Shown piece by piece: positions 14,233 to 25,746 of a DNA stretch of 64,000 bases. How positions within the stretch are numbered: position 1 is the stretch's first letter; each line of letters begins with the position of its first letter. A program made the translations under genes and the position numbers. The DNA is from Heterodontus francisci (Eukaryota), in contig NC_090403.1 of assembly GCF_036365525.1 (NCBI RefSeq), positions 31,567,461 through 31,631,460 on the forward strand, written 5' to 3'. The notes below the pieces were generated by a model. It did no database searches and had not been told where the DNA came from. It saw nothing but the letters and a program-made list of their open reading frames with translations.

Positions 14233-14789
14233 ACTGCAGGGCTAAAGATATCATGAATATGGCATCATTCAATAAACACAGCTGCCAACAGCTGGCTACA
14301 TTGTTTCAAAGCAATGCTCAGATTCTCACTGAGAAATTCTGGGCAGCCTACATTAGAATGTAACAAGTTAGGACATAGTTTGACTTTGTTGCATTGCATT
14401 TAAAATATATATAGACACATAAAATTGTGTTATTAGTCTCCACCCATGTGACAAGGCTTCTCATGGATGTCTCCACTGATCCATCTATGTGAAATCCCGA
14501 GCTTCATTCTTAACATGGCATTTTCATTTGTTAAATCCTCCTCAGTAGAGTGAATGGAGTGTTCTGGGCCCCCTTTAATAATTCTTTGCAATATACTACA
14601 GGTTTCAGGTTGGTTGGCGTCCTTGCATCTATGAATGGTGATGGACACACAGCAAATAATCCATTTAGGTGGGGTGTCTTCTCTTGGTGCACCTTTGCTG
14701 ATTGCTCTGAAGGCCAATCCTTGAGTGGCAGGTTCTGTCGCAAGCTGCCAAGTGATGCTGTGAATTGTTGCTTTTGACGTTGGCACCTT

Positions 14790-15205
14790 TTGCCAAACTG
14801 CTGTAGCAACTGGTCGTCATGGTAGTGTACACCAGTCCACAGGATGTGTCGCCATTTCCTTCTTTTGCCAGCTTAGATGCGATAGTCGACATTTAGAGCC
14901 TTCATGTCACACATGCAAGCATCCTTGAAGCGGAGCTTTGGGCACCCCACTGGTTGTCTGGCCCCAGCTACCTCACCGTACAGAAGGTGCTTGGGTATGC
15001 GACCGTCTTCCATCCTGCGGACGTGTCCGATCCACCGAAGCCGCCTCTGTTTGATTAGTGCAAACTTAGGAGTTCTGCCTTTGAGAGGACTGCCACATTT
15101 GTGATTTTGTTCTGACAGGATATACCCATAATGCACCGTAGACAGCGAAGATGGAAATTATTGAGCTTCTTTTCCTAGTAGCTGTAAGTCGCCCATGTTT
15201 CACAG
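14790..15205 (-). mobile_element. RTE-clade LINE, ORF C-terminal fragment
   Basis: ORF 14873-15136: QRRLRWIGHVRRMEDGRIPKHLLYGE...G.PKLRFKD, a typical RTE C-terminus. Confidence 0.85.
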
Positions 15206-16729
15206 TGCAATAAACAATTTGCTGAAGCACTTCTGTTTTCTTACCATCAGTTGATTTAGAGCTTTATTCCTTACTGATTAACCCTTCCTTATAATTGAAT
15301 AATCCGATTGATCCGAGTTGTGTCTCACTGTCATCCTGCACAGTCCCAAGCATGGGACACAACTTGAAACATGAAACACAACTTGATCTTTCCTGTTCTA
15401 ACCTCCCAAGCTTATCTGGTCAACTGTACTTTGTGTAATGTTGCATGTGGGAGCTGCTGCCCCTGTGCACACCTCCAACAGATTCTGATCAAATGCAGCA
15501 AAGTATTTGTTACTGAGCAGCATTGTCTATGCTACCTGTTCAGGTTAGCAATACAGTCAACCTACAATGTAGAAGGGAAGAAAGAACTTGCATTTTACAC
15601 AGTGCCTTTCATGACTGCAGCTTGTCCCAAAGTGCTATCTAGCCAATGAAGTACATTTTGAAGTGTAGTCACTGTTGACACTTTGACAATGTGGCACCCA
15701 TTAATGATCATTAACTGTTACCTGATGTGAGGCCCACTCCATGCGCTAAGGGGTGAATTCTTCCTTCAATTTGTGATTTGCTCAGGTCTTACAATTGCAC
15801 TCGGTCTCCTGACTTCACCCGAGAATCTATCCTGGACTAACATTCACTCCTTCTGTCTCCCACTTCTTACAAGTGGAATGCCTAATGGATCTGGAATCAG
15901 CCTATGTCAACTTGCTGCATTGAAAATATCCCCAATTTTGAGTGTTACAGCCAGCCACGCTGTTCCAAAATAGTGGTGTAGAGTTAAATCCTTTCCAGTT
16001 ACTTCTTTAAGTAAAAATTGGAATTGTGTGCTCGTTGTTTCTATCACTCTCTTTGCCATCCCTTGGCAATGAGCTGTGGTGCAAATATGGGAGCTTTATT
16101 TCATATGTGTTAATGTGCTAATGGAACTGGACATCATCTGTCACCAATAAAGTGCTACGGATCTTGGTAATGTTTCTAGATCGTTAAGAAGTTGAAAAGT
16201 CTGCTACTCTGCTCTGGTACAAGCAATAGAACATAGGAGCCTGGGAACAGAAGTAGGCCCTTCAGCCCCTATGGATGGAGGAGACCTATTGAAACATGTC
16301 TACTAGTAAGTGCATTGAATAAATTGCACCAAATCATTCGTTTTCTCCCTACCTTCCTTCAGTTTCTACTGACGGAAACTGTTACAACTTGTGTCCTCAG
16401 GGTGGCAGTCCAAAGCTGTTTTAGTTTAAATTCAAGGGATGTAATGCCAATTATCTCCACTAAGTGTCATCAGCACACAACCTTTACACACAAACTGCAT
16501 CCTTACCCTGCAAAGTTAGTGCGTTTTTATGCAAAGATTATTTAGTACTCTCTATTTTCTTAATTACTGTGCTTTAGATACGATCTCTTCATATCCATAG
16601 CAACCTCTTCCACCTCCGCAGAAAAGTACCAAAGATGAACTTTATTTGAAAGGATATGATTATTAAGTAAGTGTACTTGTATAACTTGTACTTCATGTTC
16701 TCTTTTATAATAATCTGACTCAATCAATT

Positions 16730-16933
16730 TTCTTTATTAATTCCTGAGATGGGGGCGTAGTTGGCAAGACTGGCATTTATCGCCCATCCCTCGATGCCCT
16801 TGAGAAGGTGGTGGTGAGCCTTCTTCTTAAACGGTCTCAATCTGTGTGGTGAAGACACTCCCCCAATGCGGTAAGCTCGAGAGTTCCTGGATTTTGACCA
16901 GCAACAGTAAAGGAACTGTGATATCTGTCCAAG
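16730..16933 (-). mobile_element. Diverged 3' fragment of the tRNA-headed LINE family
   Basis: gcatttatcgcccatccc..tgcccttgagaaggtggtggtgag matches 27415-27470. Confidence 0.75.
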
Positions 16934-17267
16934 ACAATCTGATTATTTCCAAGATGTGCTTTTGGTGGGCAAGGCTCCTGGCCAGAAACATAGGGCAGAA
17001 TCTTACAGCCTTAGCACCTGGAGTAACAGCAGGACCATGTTCGGGTTTGAAATCTGACTCTTTGACGCGCAGGCTTTGTGGTTGCTCTTTTCCAAAGCAA
17101 GTCAAACAGTCTGCCTCTGGTCTCTCTAACTAATTAGGGAGGGCAGGTAGGAGGACACGTCTCATGGAGGAAAGACAAATCTGTATTAAAAGGGACTCCA
17201 TCAGCACTCAAAATGGCATCAGTGTGTGGTGTAAATCACTCAGTGTGAGGCAGGAAAGAGGAGGAAA

Positions 17268-17997
17268 ATGAATGGAAATCATGGAAAGGTGGCCCTTCAG
17301 TTGGTGGACACGTCCCTGGAGGTAATACTGGAAGCAGTCAGGGCACGGAGTGAAGTCCTTTTTCCAGAGGACGGCAGGAGGAGGTCAGACAGCCTCACCA
17401 AACAGGCATGGCCTGGGGTTGCAGAGGAGATGAGCAACTGGAGGGTCGTGCGGAGGACCTGGATCCAGTGCAGGAAACGGCTCAATGACCTCCTGAGGTC
17501 CAGCAAAGTGAGTGGCCTGCAACTCTCAACTGGCAGCCATCAATCTCTCGCCTCCTTCGCAGTCTTTCACACAGCAATCTGCTGAATGACACACTTTGTT
17601 GCCACACACATTCCTTTCTCTCCAGGCTCCTCCTCAAATCTTCATCTCAGCAGACAGCGTTAACCCTCACCCACGACCTCTCACTCCCATTCCTCACAGT
17701 CATCCCCATCAAATGTCTTAGCTCCATCCCCAGCAATCAGTTAACTCCTCACACTCATATCTCACTGCCTTTTTTCATTGTAGGAGAAGACAGCTCACAA
17801 CTCTCAAGAGAGACAGAAAAGCGGGGGGTGGAGCTGCATCCATGGCCATCTGACCGCAATAGAAAAGGAAACCCTGCAACAATGGCCTGAACATTATGAG
17901 GGCAACTTTGCAAACAAAGCATTGATCAAAGAATCGCCTTGATGGCAGAACACCACACTCAACTGCAGCCAAGAGCTCTCCTGCTCTTGGTTAGCAG
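17268..17997 (+). pseudogene. Harbinger Myb/SANT-like DNA-binding protein (exon 1 17268-17507, exon 2 from 17784)
   Basis: LEVILEAVRAR..VLF...AW..VAEE...RTWIQCRKRLNDL is a Myb/SANT-like (MSANTD-type) motif; gtgagt donor, cattgtag acceptor then EKTAHN. Confidence 0.8.
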
Positions 17998-18599
17998 GTA
18001 AGTTCAAGTTGGCCCTAAGAGGGAAGAGGGAGACAGGGATGATAGCAGTGGTGACACTTCTCAGGTTACCCCCACTTGATGGTCCTTGCCCTCGGCCCCT
18101 CTGACAGAGCTGTACACGCTGCGTCCTGCCCCATGGCTGAGTCCGCCCCCTGTACAGATGCAGGTGGGGCAGTATTTGATGGGGTCCTTATGGGCCTCAC
18201 AATCTAGAGGACGTACGCCATGGGCATCTCATGTGCAGGAGCAGGGGAATAAGCAGCCTGCCTTCAGCTCTGCTGAAGCCACAGGGGTAACACCATTAGA
18301 AGTAAGAGAAAACGCATGTGGAAATCGTTTCAGTTGCTCATTGTTAGTGTGATATCAATAATGTTTATTTCAATAAAGGCATGAGTTTGTGTTATCAAAT
18401 TGTCATGGAGTAATTTTTGCTCCATACCACATTGAACCTGGGCAGGTAAATAGTGGTGAATGACCTGAGGCGTGTTGATCAGGACATAAGGCTCTGAATG
18501 TAATGTCCGTAGCGAGGAGGTTTGTTGCTGGGGAGTGTGGTAGGGTGGGGGTTTTGTCCACAGGAATCTTGGTGGGATGAGTGCAATGCTGCAAGCACA

Positions 18600-19720
18600 T
18601 TTCGCAACTGATAGGTTCCTGAATGAGAGGATCATGGGCTTCTCGGCCATGCAGGCCTATGGCTGCAGGCACCAATGACAATTCAGGATGTTCCTCTTCC
18701 TTGTCCTCCCAGGATGCTGGGCATCCTCCAACTTTCTCTGGCACCAGCTCCGGTCCTTTCTGCAGTGCCAAGTTGTGCACACCACTACTATCCAGGATAC
18801 CCTTGTCAGGCCATATTGAAGGGCGCCTCCTGATCATTCAAGGCAGCAGAATCGCATTTTATGCAAGCCAATAGCTTGCTCTGTTGTGACCTTGGTAGTA
18901 AGATGGCTCCGGTTGTACCTTTTCTGTGCCTCTGTGGTGGTTAGTGACTGGGATCATCAGCCAGGGTTTCAGTAGGTATCCTTTGTCCTCCAGGAGCCAT
19001 CCACTGAAGCTGTCTGGTAGAGAGAAGAGCTGCGGAACCTGAGACTGACAACGGATGAACGTGTCAAGGCAGCTCCCAGAATATGTGGTGTACACTTACA
19101 ATATCTTCCTGCAGTGGTCACATACCAGTTGCATATTGAGGGAATGGAATCCTTTCTGATTGACAAAAATGCCTGGCTGTTATGATGGCACATTGATTGC
19201 CACATAGGTGCAGTCTAAAACACCTTGGACCTGTGGAAAACCTGCAAAGGAGGTGAAGCTGACAGCCCTCTGGGCTTGACTGGCGCAACAGTTGGGGGCT
19301 GCAGATTGAGATTTCCTACATACGTTTGAAGCTGAGTACTGGAATGAACCTGATGCAAAGAAATTGAGGGCTGTGATAACCTTGGCAACCATAGGCAATG
19401 GATGGGCACCTGTCCCTATTGGTGTTATGTCTTCTTCCACCTGCCATGAGAGGCAGAGCCTTCGGAGACACTGCTGCTCAGAGAGGTCGAGGAAGCTGAC
19501 CCTTGGCTTATAGAGCCTGTGCTGAGGGTATCGCCTCCTTCTAGGTGCAACCCTGTGTCCGTCCCTCGGTTCCATCCAGCTGCATGTGGCTGTGGAGAAT
19601 GCTGCAGCTGCAGCTCCTCCTGGAGTTGCTGTCCCTGCCAATTCAGGAGCTGAGCTGGAGGAGGGTGCACCTCCTCCTCAGTGGCCCACCCAGCTTCCGG
19701 ATATGTGGATCCCATGGCAC
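18600..19720 (-). pseudogene. Harbinger (HARBI1-like) DDE transposase, frameshifted
   Basis: SFLDLSEQQCLRRL, KVITALNFFASGSFQ, GFPQVQGVLDCTYVAI, GWLLEDKGYLLKPWLM spread over several frames. Confidence 0.9.
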
Positions 19721-20185
19721 TGTGCAATCTCGCCGGCAATAAGGTGACTTGTCCCTCAGATATGTCCAAGGCATTTGAAATAATTGACACCAAGTTGCTG
19801 TCCCCACGCAAATTCAGTGAGTTTAGGCTGAAGGAACTGCTCCGGTTAGCACGAGTTTCTGACTGTGGCTGACCTCACGCTTGCCAGTTTCACTTTTTAT
19901 CACATGATATCAGGTCAGTTTCAGTCTTCAATGACTTCCCACTGTGCACTCGCCTTCTCCAACCTGCGGGGTTGCAGACCCAGCGTGTGACCCGTGCACT
20001 GCTGGGAAAGAGGGAATCCATGCGTAAACTCACTTCTAATTGCCTTTTTAAGTTGTTCATTTGGCTTTCCACCAAACCCACGGGGGTTCACTGCAGCACT
20101 CGCAATCCACCTGGGGGAGAGGCCGGAAAAGGGCGGGATCGCATCAAGATCCCAACTCTACATCAGTTTTTAGAACTTTCAGATA

Positions 20186-21492
20186 GGGGAGGCAGTGGCC
20201 TAGTGGTATTATCACTGGACTAGTAACCCAGAGACCCGGGTATTGATTTGGGGACATGGGTTCGAATCCCACCACAGCAGAAGGTGGAATTTGAATTTAA
20301 TTAATGATGGCGATGAAACCATTATCGATTGTTGTAAAAACGCATCTGGTTCACTAATGTCCTTTAGGGAAAGAAATCTGCTGTCCTTACCTGGTCTGGC
20401 CGACATGTGACTCTCGACCCACAGCAATGTGGTTAACTCTTACATGCCCTCTGAAATGGCCGAGCAAGCCACTCAGTTGTACCAAACCGCTACGAAGTCA
20501 ATAAAAAGGAATGAAACCGAACGGACCACTCGGCATCAACCTAGGCACCGGAAGCGACAACGGCAAACCCAGCCCTGTCGACCCTGCAAAGTCCTCCTTA
20601 CTAACATCTGGGGGCTTGTGCCAAAGTTGGGAGAGCTGTCCCACAGACTAGTCAAGCAACAGCCTGACATAGTCATACTCACAGAATCATACCTGACAGA
20701 CAACGTCCCAGACACTGCAATCACCATCCCCGGGTATGTCCTGTCCCACCGGCAGGACAGACCCAGCAGAGGTGGTGGCACAATGGTATACAGTAGGGAG
20801 GGAGTTGCCCTGGGAGTCCTCAACATCAACTCCAGACCCCATGAAGTCTCATGGCATCAGGTCAAACATGGGCAAGGTAACCTTCTACTGATTACCACCT
20901 ACCGCCCTCCCTCAGCTGATGACTCAGTACTCCTCCATGTTGAACACCACTTGGAGGAAGCAGTGAGGGTGGAATGGGCACAATATGTACTCTGGGTTTG
21001 GGACTTCAATGTCCATCACCAAGAGTGGCTCGGTAGCACCACTACTGATCGAGCTGGCCGAGTCCCAAAGGACATAGCTGCTAGACTGGGTCTGCGGCAG
21101 GTGGTGGGGGAACCAACACGAGGGAAAAACATACTTGACCTCGTCCTCACCAATCTGCCTGCCACAGATGCATCTGTCCATGACAGTATTGGTAGGAGTG
21201 ACCACCGCACAGTCCTTGTGGAGACGAAGTCCCACCTTCACATTAAGGATACCCTCCATCGTGTTGTGTGGCACTATCACCGTGCTAAATGGGATAGATT
21301 TCGAACAGATCTAGCAATGCAAAACTGGGCATCCATGAGGTGCTGTGGGCCATCAGCAGCAGCAGAATTGTACTCAACCACAATCTGTAACCTCATGGCC
21401 CGGCATATCCCCCACTCTACCATTACCATCAAGCCAGGAGACCAACCCTGGTTCAATGAAGGGTGCAGGAGGGCATGCCAGGAACAGCACTA
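20186..21492 (+). mobile_element. 5' part of the tRNA-headed LINE (Pol III-type head + APE endonuclease)
   Basis: A box TGGCCTAGTGG 20197-20207, B box GGTTCGAATCC 20259-20269; highly similar to 43951-45275. Confidence 0.9.
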
Positions 21493-21493
21493 G
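20444..21493 (+). CDS. LINE APE endonuclease domain, truncated ORF
   Basis: TNIWGL, DIVILTES, GGG, YRPP, DFN, LDLVLTN, SDH motifs of non-LTR apurinic-like endonucleases. Confidence 0.9.
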   Translation: MPSEMAEQATQLYQTATKSIKRNETERTTRHQPRHRKRQRQTQPCRPCKVLLTNIWGLVPKLGELSHRLVKQQPDIVILTESYLTDNVPDTAITIPGYVLSHRQDRPSRGGGTMVYSREGVALGVLNINSRPHEVSWHQVKHGQGNLLLITTYRPPSADDSVLLHVEHHLEEAVRVEWAQYVLWVWDFNVHHQEWLGSTTTDRAGRVPKDIAARLGLRQVVGEPTRGKNILDLVLTNLPATDASVHDSIGRSDHRTVLVETKSHLHIKDTLHRVVWHYHRAKWDRFRTDLAMQNWASMRCCGPSAAAELYSTTICNLMARHIPHSTITIKPGDQPWFNEGCRRACQEQH

Positions 21494-21498
21494 GTCCT

Positions 21499-21645
21499 CA
21501 TGTGACCCACAGCAATGTGGTTGACTCTTAACTGCCCTCTGAAATGGCCTAGCTAGCCATTCAGTTGTCAAGGGCAATCAGGGATGGGCAACAAATGCTG
21601 GCCTTACCAGCGACGCCCACATCCGATGAAAGAATAAATTTAAAA
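21499..21645 (+). mobile_element. 3' half of a non-autonomous SINE made of LINE 5' region + LINE 3' tail
   Basis: 21504-21568 matches 44210-44274; 21569-21635 matches 47331-47396. Confidence 0.85.
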
Positions 21646-22605
21646 TAATAGAGAAAAGGCACCAGATAGATCCAGGAATGAGCACCACTTTGAACAGGCT
21701 CAGTAGCACGATTCATTTAAACATGTCAGAAGGTTCCCTCCATTAAGCCCTGTCATAAAAGAGATAATCTGTCCACTGTCAGCAAGACTCTCAAATGTTG
21801 GTCAGAAAATTTCTTTGGAGAAAAATATTCCTTGATTCTCCCCTCCTGTCATGGAGAAGATGACTAATGCTGTCACAGACTGCAAATGATTGTGGTATCT
21901 AATCCAAATGATCGTGCTTCATGAATCAAATCAAACAATGATTCATAGACATTTCAATCATTGTAGGGTGCGGGAGGGGAGGTAATTATACTCCAGTCTG
22001 ATCCTTGTCTTCACCCAATTTTTACAGGCATCCACTTCCAATGGGTTCATGAGATTGCAATTCAAGACCAGAATCCTGGCTGACTTTTTCATCCTTAGCA
22101 CAGAGACTTTGTGGTTAATTGTAGCACCCATCAGGGAGATATCCACCCTCTCAAACTCCTGCACATGCATGGTAAGGTTGACAATCATATATACTGACTC
22201 TGGGGACAATACTAGTCTGTTTTGGGATATATTTCAATACATTAATTTTACTACTTTTAAAGACATTACATTGATTATTTTTAAATGCCTGTAAATAGGA
22301 GAATGATATATTCCAGAGCATTACCAGAAACAAATAATAGGTATACATTCCACAGAGTCTATAAATCAAAGTCCCAAAATAACAACCAAGTGGGAATCTC
22401 AATATAACATCAAAGTGTAGCGGAAAGAGATCCACTGAATGCTTGACTATATTACAATAAAAAGGTCTGTTTCTATCTACATTAAGATAAGTAGATAGAA
22501 CGATACATTATGAAGAATTCTTGTGTACAACCTAAATTGTATATAGGCATAGCAGAAATGGTCAGTTTATTTGTAGACAATCTCCATCTTGTAATGTCGC
22601 TGTAC

Positions 22606-22689
22606 CTTCCCTCGCCACAGCTCCACGCAGGCTCTGGAGAAATCTGGGTGGCAGGCGCGTTGTAGATGGACTCGCAGGCTGGAGAAAGC
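22606..22689 (-). CDS. Candidate exon of unidentified minus-strand transcript (LSPACESIYNAPATQISPEPAWSCGEG)
   Basis: CpG-rich patch, gtccctgtcag acceptor, AAG|gtacag donor, 84 nt; reading frame ambiguous. Confidence 0.35.
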
Positions 22690-22767
22690 CTGACAGGGAC
22701 CACAACGTGAACACTCCTTCTATGGCCCCCTTTGTAGGCAATGAAGAGTTACCACACACAGTACAGA

Positions 22768-23200
22768 AGAAAGAATGTGCCTTTCGTGACCTCAGAAAAT
22801 CCCAAAGCATTTTACAGCCAGAAATGTAATCACTGTTGTAATGTAGGAAATGCAGCAGGCAAATTTTGCACAGCAAGCTCCCACAAACAGCAAAGTGATA
22901 ATGACCAGATAATCTATTTGAAGGTGTTTACTGAAGGATAACTATTGGCTCGGACACCAGGGAGAATTTCACTGCTCATTTTCAAATAAACCATGGAATC
23001 TTTTACATCCACCTGAGAGGGCAGACAGGGTCTCAAATTAACACCTCATCCGAAAGACAGCACCTACTGTCATGCAGCACTCCCTTGGTACTGTATTAGA
23101 GTATCAACGCAGATTATATGCTTAAGACTCGGGAGTAGGAACTTGAATCTACAAGCTTCTGAACAAGAGGCAAGAGTGCTACCACAGAGTCATAACTGAC
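22768..23200 (-). mobile_element. Deu-domain tRNA-SINE (SacSINE1-like), near full length
   Basis: tRNA-like head at ~23130-23200, central domain (catccacctgagagggcagac, cagcactccct) and L2-like tail; reverse match to 30832-31260. Confidence 0.75.
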
Positions 23201-23476
23201 TGAAGCAGTCATTTTATAAATCAAGTTAAAAAACCTTCTTTAGAAACCTCAGGTTAGTGAAATATTTTTTCTTTAAACATGAGCTAAATATACCCTTCTC
23301 TCTTCCCTAGCTCCTGCTGCCTCTTCCTACTGTTTGTGCTCTTGAGTTCTGCTCTGAGTTCTGCTCTGCTCCAATGAGATAAAAGAAACCTGCCCCCTTC
23401 CCTTCACCTCCGCTCCCATGTGGAGGAAGAACATATAAAGTACAAATGCAGTTTAAGAGAGGTTTGAATATGTTAC

Positions 23477-23546
23477 CTTCTGGATGAAAACTCTTTCTCT
23501 TTGAACTCTAATCCTCTTATACAGGTCTCATCCATAAAATTGACAT
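23477..23546 (-). CDS. Candidate 70-nt exon (xVNFMDETCIRGLEFKEKEFSSR)
   Basis: aaacag acceptor, AAG|gtaaca donor; only one open frame, phase-compatible with neighbouring candidates. Confidence 0.3.
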
Positions 23547-23674
23547 CTGTTTAGTATTCTGTCAACAGAGTGAACTCAAGGCTGGCAGTTTTCCTTAGAA
23601 TGATTTTATTTCATCAATTTTCTAGTTGGGTACTTCCCCATTTGCAACCCTTGATTTTCAGGTGTAAAATCTGG

Positions 23675-24398
23675 GGTCGAAATTTTACAACCCCCCGCAC
23701 CCGCCCCCCCCCCCTCCCCCCCGCCCCAAACAGGAGCGGGCAGGAGCTGGAGGGAGAATCATAAAATTGAATGGGAGGCAGGCGGAGCCATTCCCGTTGT
23801 TTTCCCATCCTTGCAGCCATTTTACGAGGGGCGGTGGTGGCAAGAAACAGCCTGCCCACCCCAGGCCAATTACAGCTCTTCAGTGGCCAATTAACTGCCA
23901 GTTAAGGGCCTCCTCCCACTGCCTCTGGTATTTTACCAGTGGCGGGTGGGTGGCTCAGTAAAACTTGGTGGCCTCCTTGCAGCCTGGGGTGGGGGAGGGG
24001 CCCTCCTAATCGGGCATCCGGTGCCCCAGGGAGGGCCACCCCAAGGCCCAACCGCCCCCACTGAAATACATTCCCCCACCCCCTCCCAACTGACACCCAT
24101 TGCCTTGCTGGGGCCCGGCCAAATGTCCCCAGCAAGGCCCCACATTCTTGCCTTTTTTCCGGGGCTGGCGTCCCTCTTGCTCCTGTCCCTGGCTGCAGTT
24201 CCAGCAGTGGTCACTACTCCCGGTGGCGCTGCTGGGACTGAGAGCTGCCGGCCCGCTGATTGGAAGTCCCGCCCGAGACCAATTGAGGGCCTGGCCCACG
24301 TAAAATCTTAGTGTGGCTCCCAGGCCCAGCGGAGGTGGGCTCGCCCCCAATTTTTTGGCCAGTGGGCAGGCCCTCCCGCCCAACCTAAAATTCTGGCC
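23675..24398. mobile_element. Harbinger-type MITE, GC-rich
   Basis: Imperfect TIRs ggtcgaaatttt / aaaattctggcc, TGG on both flanks; colinear with 39096-39856. Confidence 0.8.
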
Positions 24399-24539
24399 TG
24401 GGTGTCACCGATTGAGAAATGCAGCCTGATTATTTTGCACATCACGAACATTTCCAATGGGAATAATCTTGATGGCAGGATGCCCCTGCCTGAAACTCAG
24501 AGATTGATTACAATATTCTATCAATAAGAACATTTTGAA

Positions 24540-24850
24540 CAGAGAAACATAAGAACAGGAGTAGGCCGATCAGACATTCAAGCCATTTAAGCATTCAGTT
24601 AGATCATGGATGATCTGTATCTCAACTCCAGCTACCCACCTTAGTTCTGTAACCCTTAATACCCCTGCCTAACAAAAATCTATTGATCTCAGTTATGAAA
24701 TTTCCAATTGACCGAGACTTAATAGCTTTTTGGGGAAGAGATTTCTCAATTTCCATCACCCTTTGTGTGAAGAAGTGATTTCTGACATCACCCCTGAATG
24801 GCCCGGCTCCAATTTTATGGTTATTCTACCTTGATCTGGACTCTCCCACT
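24540..24850 (-). mobile_element. CR1 LINE 3' end
   Basis: cataagaacaggagtaggcc...accctttgtgtgaagaagtg, reverse CR1 tail. Confidence 0.75.
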
Positions 24851-25696
24851 TCCTTTCTATGTTTTGATGGCATCACTTTCCATGCAAGCAAATTCCCAAC
24901 ATTCATCCATAAATTACACTCAGCCTGAAACAGGCACTGTAGGTTGCAAGGTGTTTGCTAAAGTTTATTTAAGAAACCCAAAAGAAGATTTCTTTGAACA
25001 ATTTTGAAGCCAGTTATGTGCCCTTATTTGTTTTGCTTGCTCTTGTGACTTTTCTTTCTGACTTAGTGGCAGTTTTTGTGGTGCAGTCTATGTTTTAATC
25101 CCCAACAGCTGCCTTCATGTCACATCAGGTTTCCTCATGGGGGTTGTCCCATATCTCTGCTTTTTGAAGGGAGAGTGAAGGAGGGAGGCCAGGTAGGTCA
25201 GGCTGCATCAGAGTAATTCTGCACCTACTCATTAGCACCCCACACCCATGTACCTCCATTTGTCAGAAGAGCAGTGCCTGGGGAAACTTCCATTTACAAG
25301 GGATCCCATGAACGAGTTATGGATTGCATGGCCCAAACAAACCAGCAGCCAAACTCCTCCACAAGTAGGGTTGGGTGGGGGGAGGGGGCAGTGGGGGGGG
25401 ATTGCGGGGGGAGGGTGATGGTGGTGGATCATCCCAACCCCTGGCCTCCATTTCACTTTGGGTGAAGGAATGAACTTTGTGGGAAAATATAGAGCAATTA
25501 TGTAGGCAATGAAAGCCTTTCCATTTGGCAGCAAGCTCCAGATGCAACTTTACAGACGTGGTGGTTCGAGGGCGTAAGATGTGAGGTTGTGCCTGCGTTT
25601 TTCACACTGTATTGCTGACACTGTACCAACTTGTGGGATCTGTGTTCACAACAAAGCTTCATTTCATTAGAGTTGGCAAACGACAGGCAATCGTAC

Positions 25697-25746
25697 CTTG
25701 GCCCTTTCCTCTGCTCAGCATTTCTTTTAAAATGTCTATGATTTTG
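25697..25746 (-). CDS. Candidate 50-nt exon (KIIDILKEMLSRGKGQ or QNHRHFKRNAEQRKGP)
   Basis: tttgcttttgttag acceptor, AAG|gtacga donor; two open frames. Confidence 0.35.

Larger units (their letters stand above)
16993..20157. mobile_element. Decayed PIF/Harbinger DNA transposon (copy 1)
   Basis: Myb/SANT gene on + and DDE transposase on -, convergent; left end gggcagaatctt, right TIR degenerate so that boundary is approximate. Confidence 0.8.

Noticed and set aside
17268-19720. Domesticated host HARBI1/NAIF1 genes
   Set aside because: Multiple frameshifts and stops, with transposon layout; these are decayed mobile copies.
20186-20280. Functional tRNA gene
   Set aside because: A/B boxes are present but there is no clean acceptor stem or downstream T terminator; it runs into retroelement sequence and recurs at 43951.
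22567-22689. J-domain-like reading AFSSLRVHLQRACHPDF...YK* on the minus strand
   Set aside because: An HPD tripeptide alone is insufficient; this frame does not match the phase of the neighbouring candidate exons.
23600-24400. Many overlapping Pro/Gly-rich ORFs (also 39200-39900)
   Set aside because: By-product of GC-rich MITE sequence with few stop codons.
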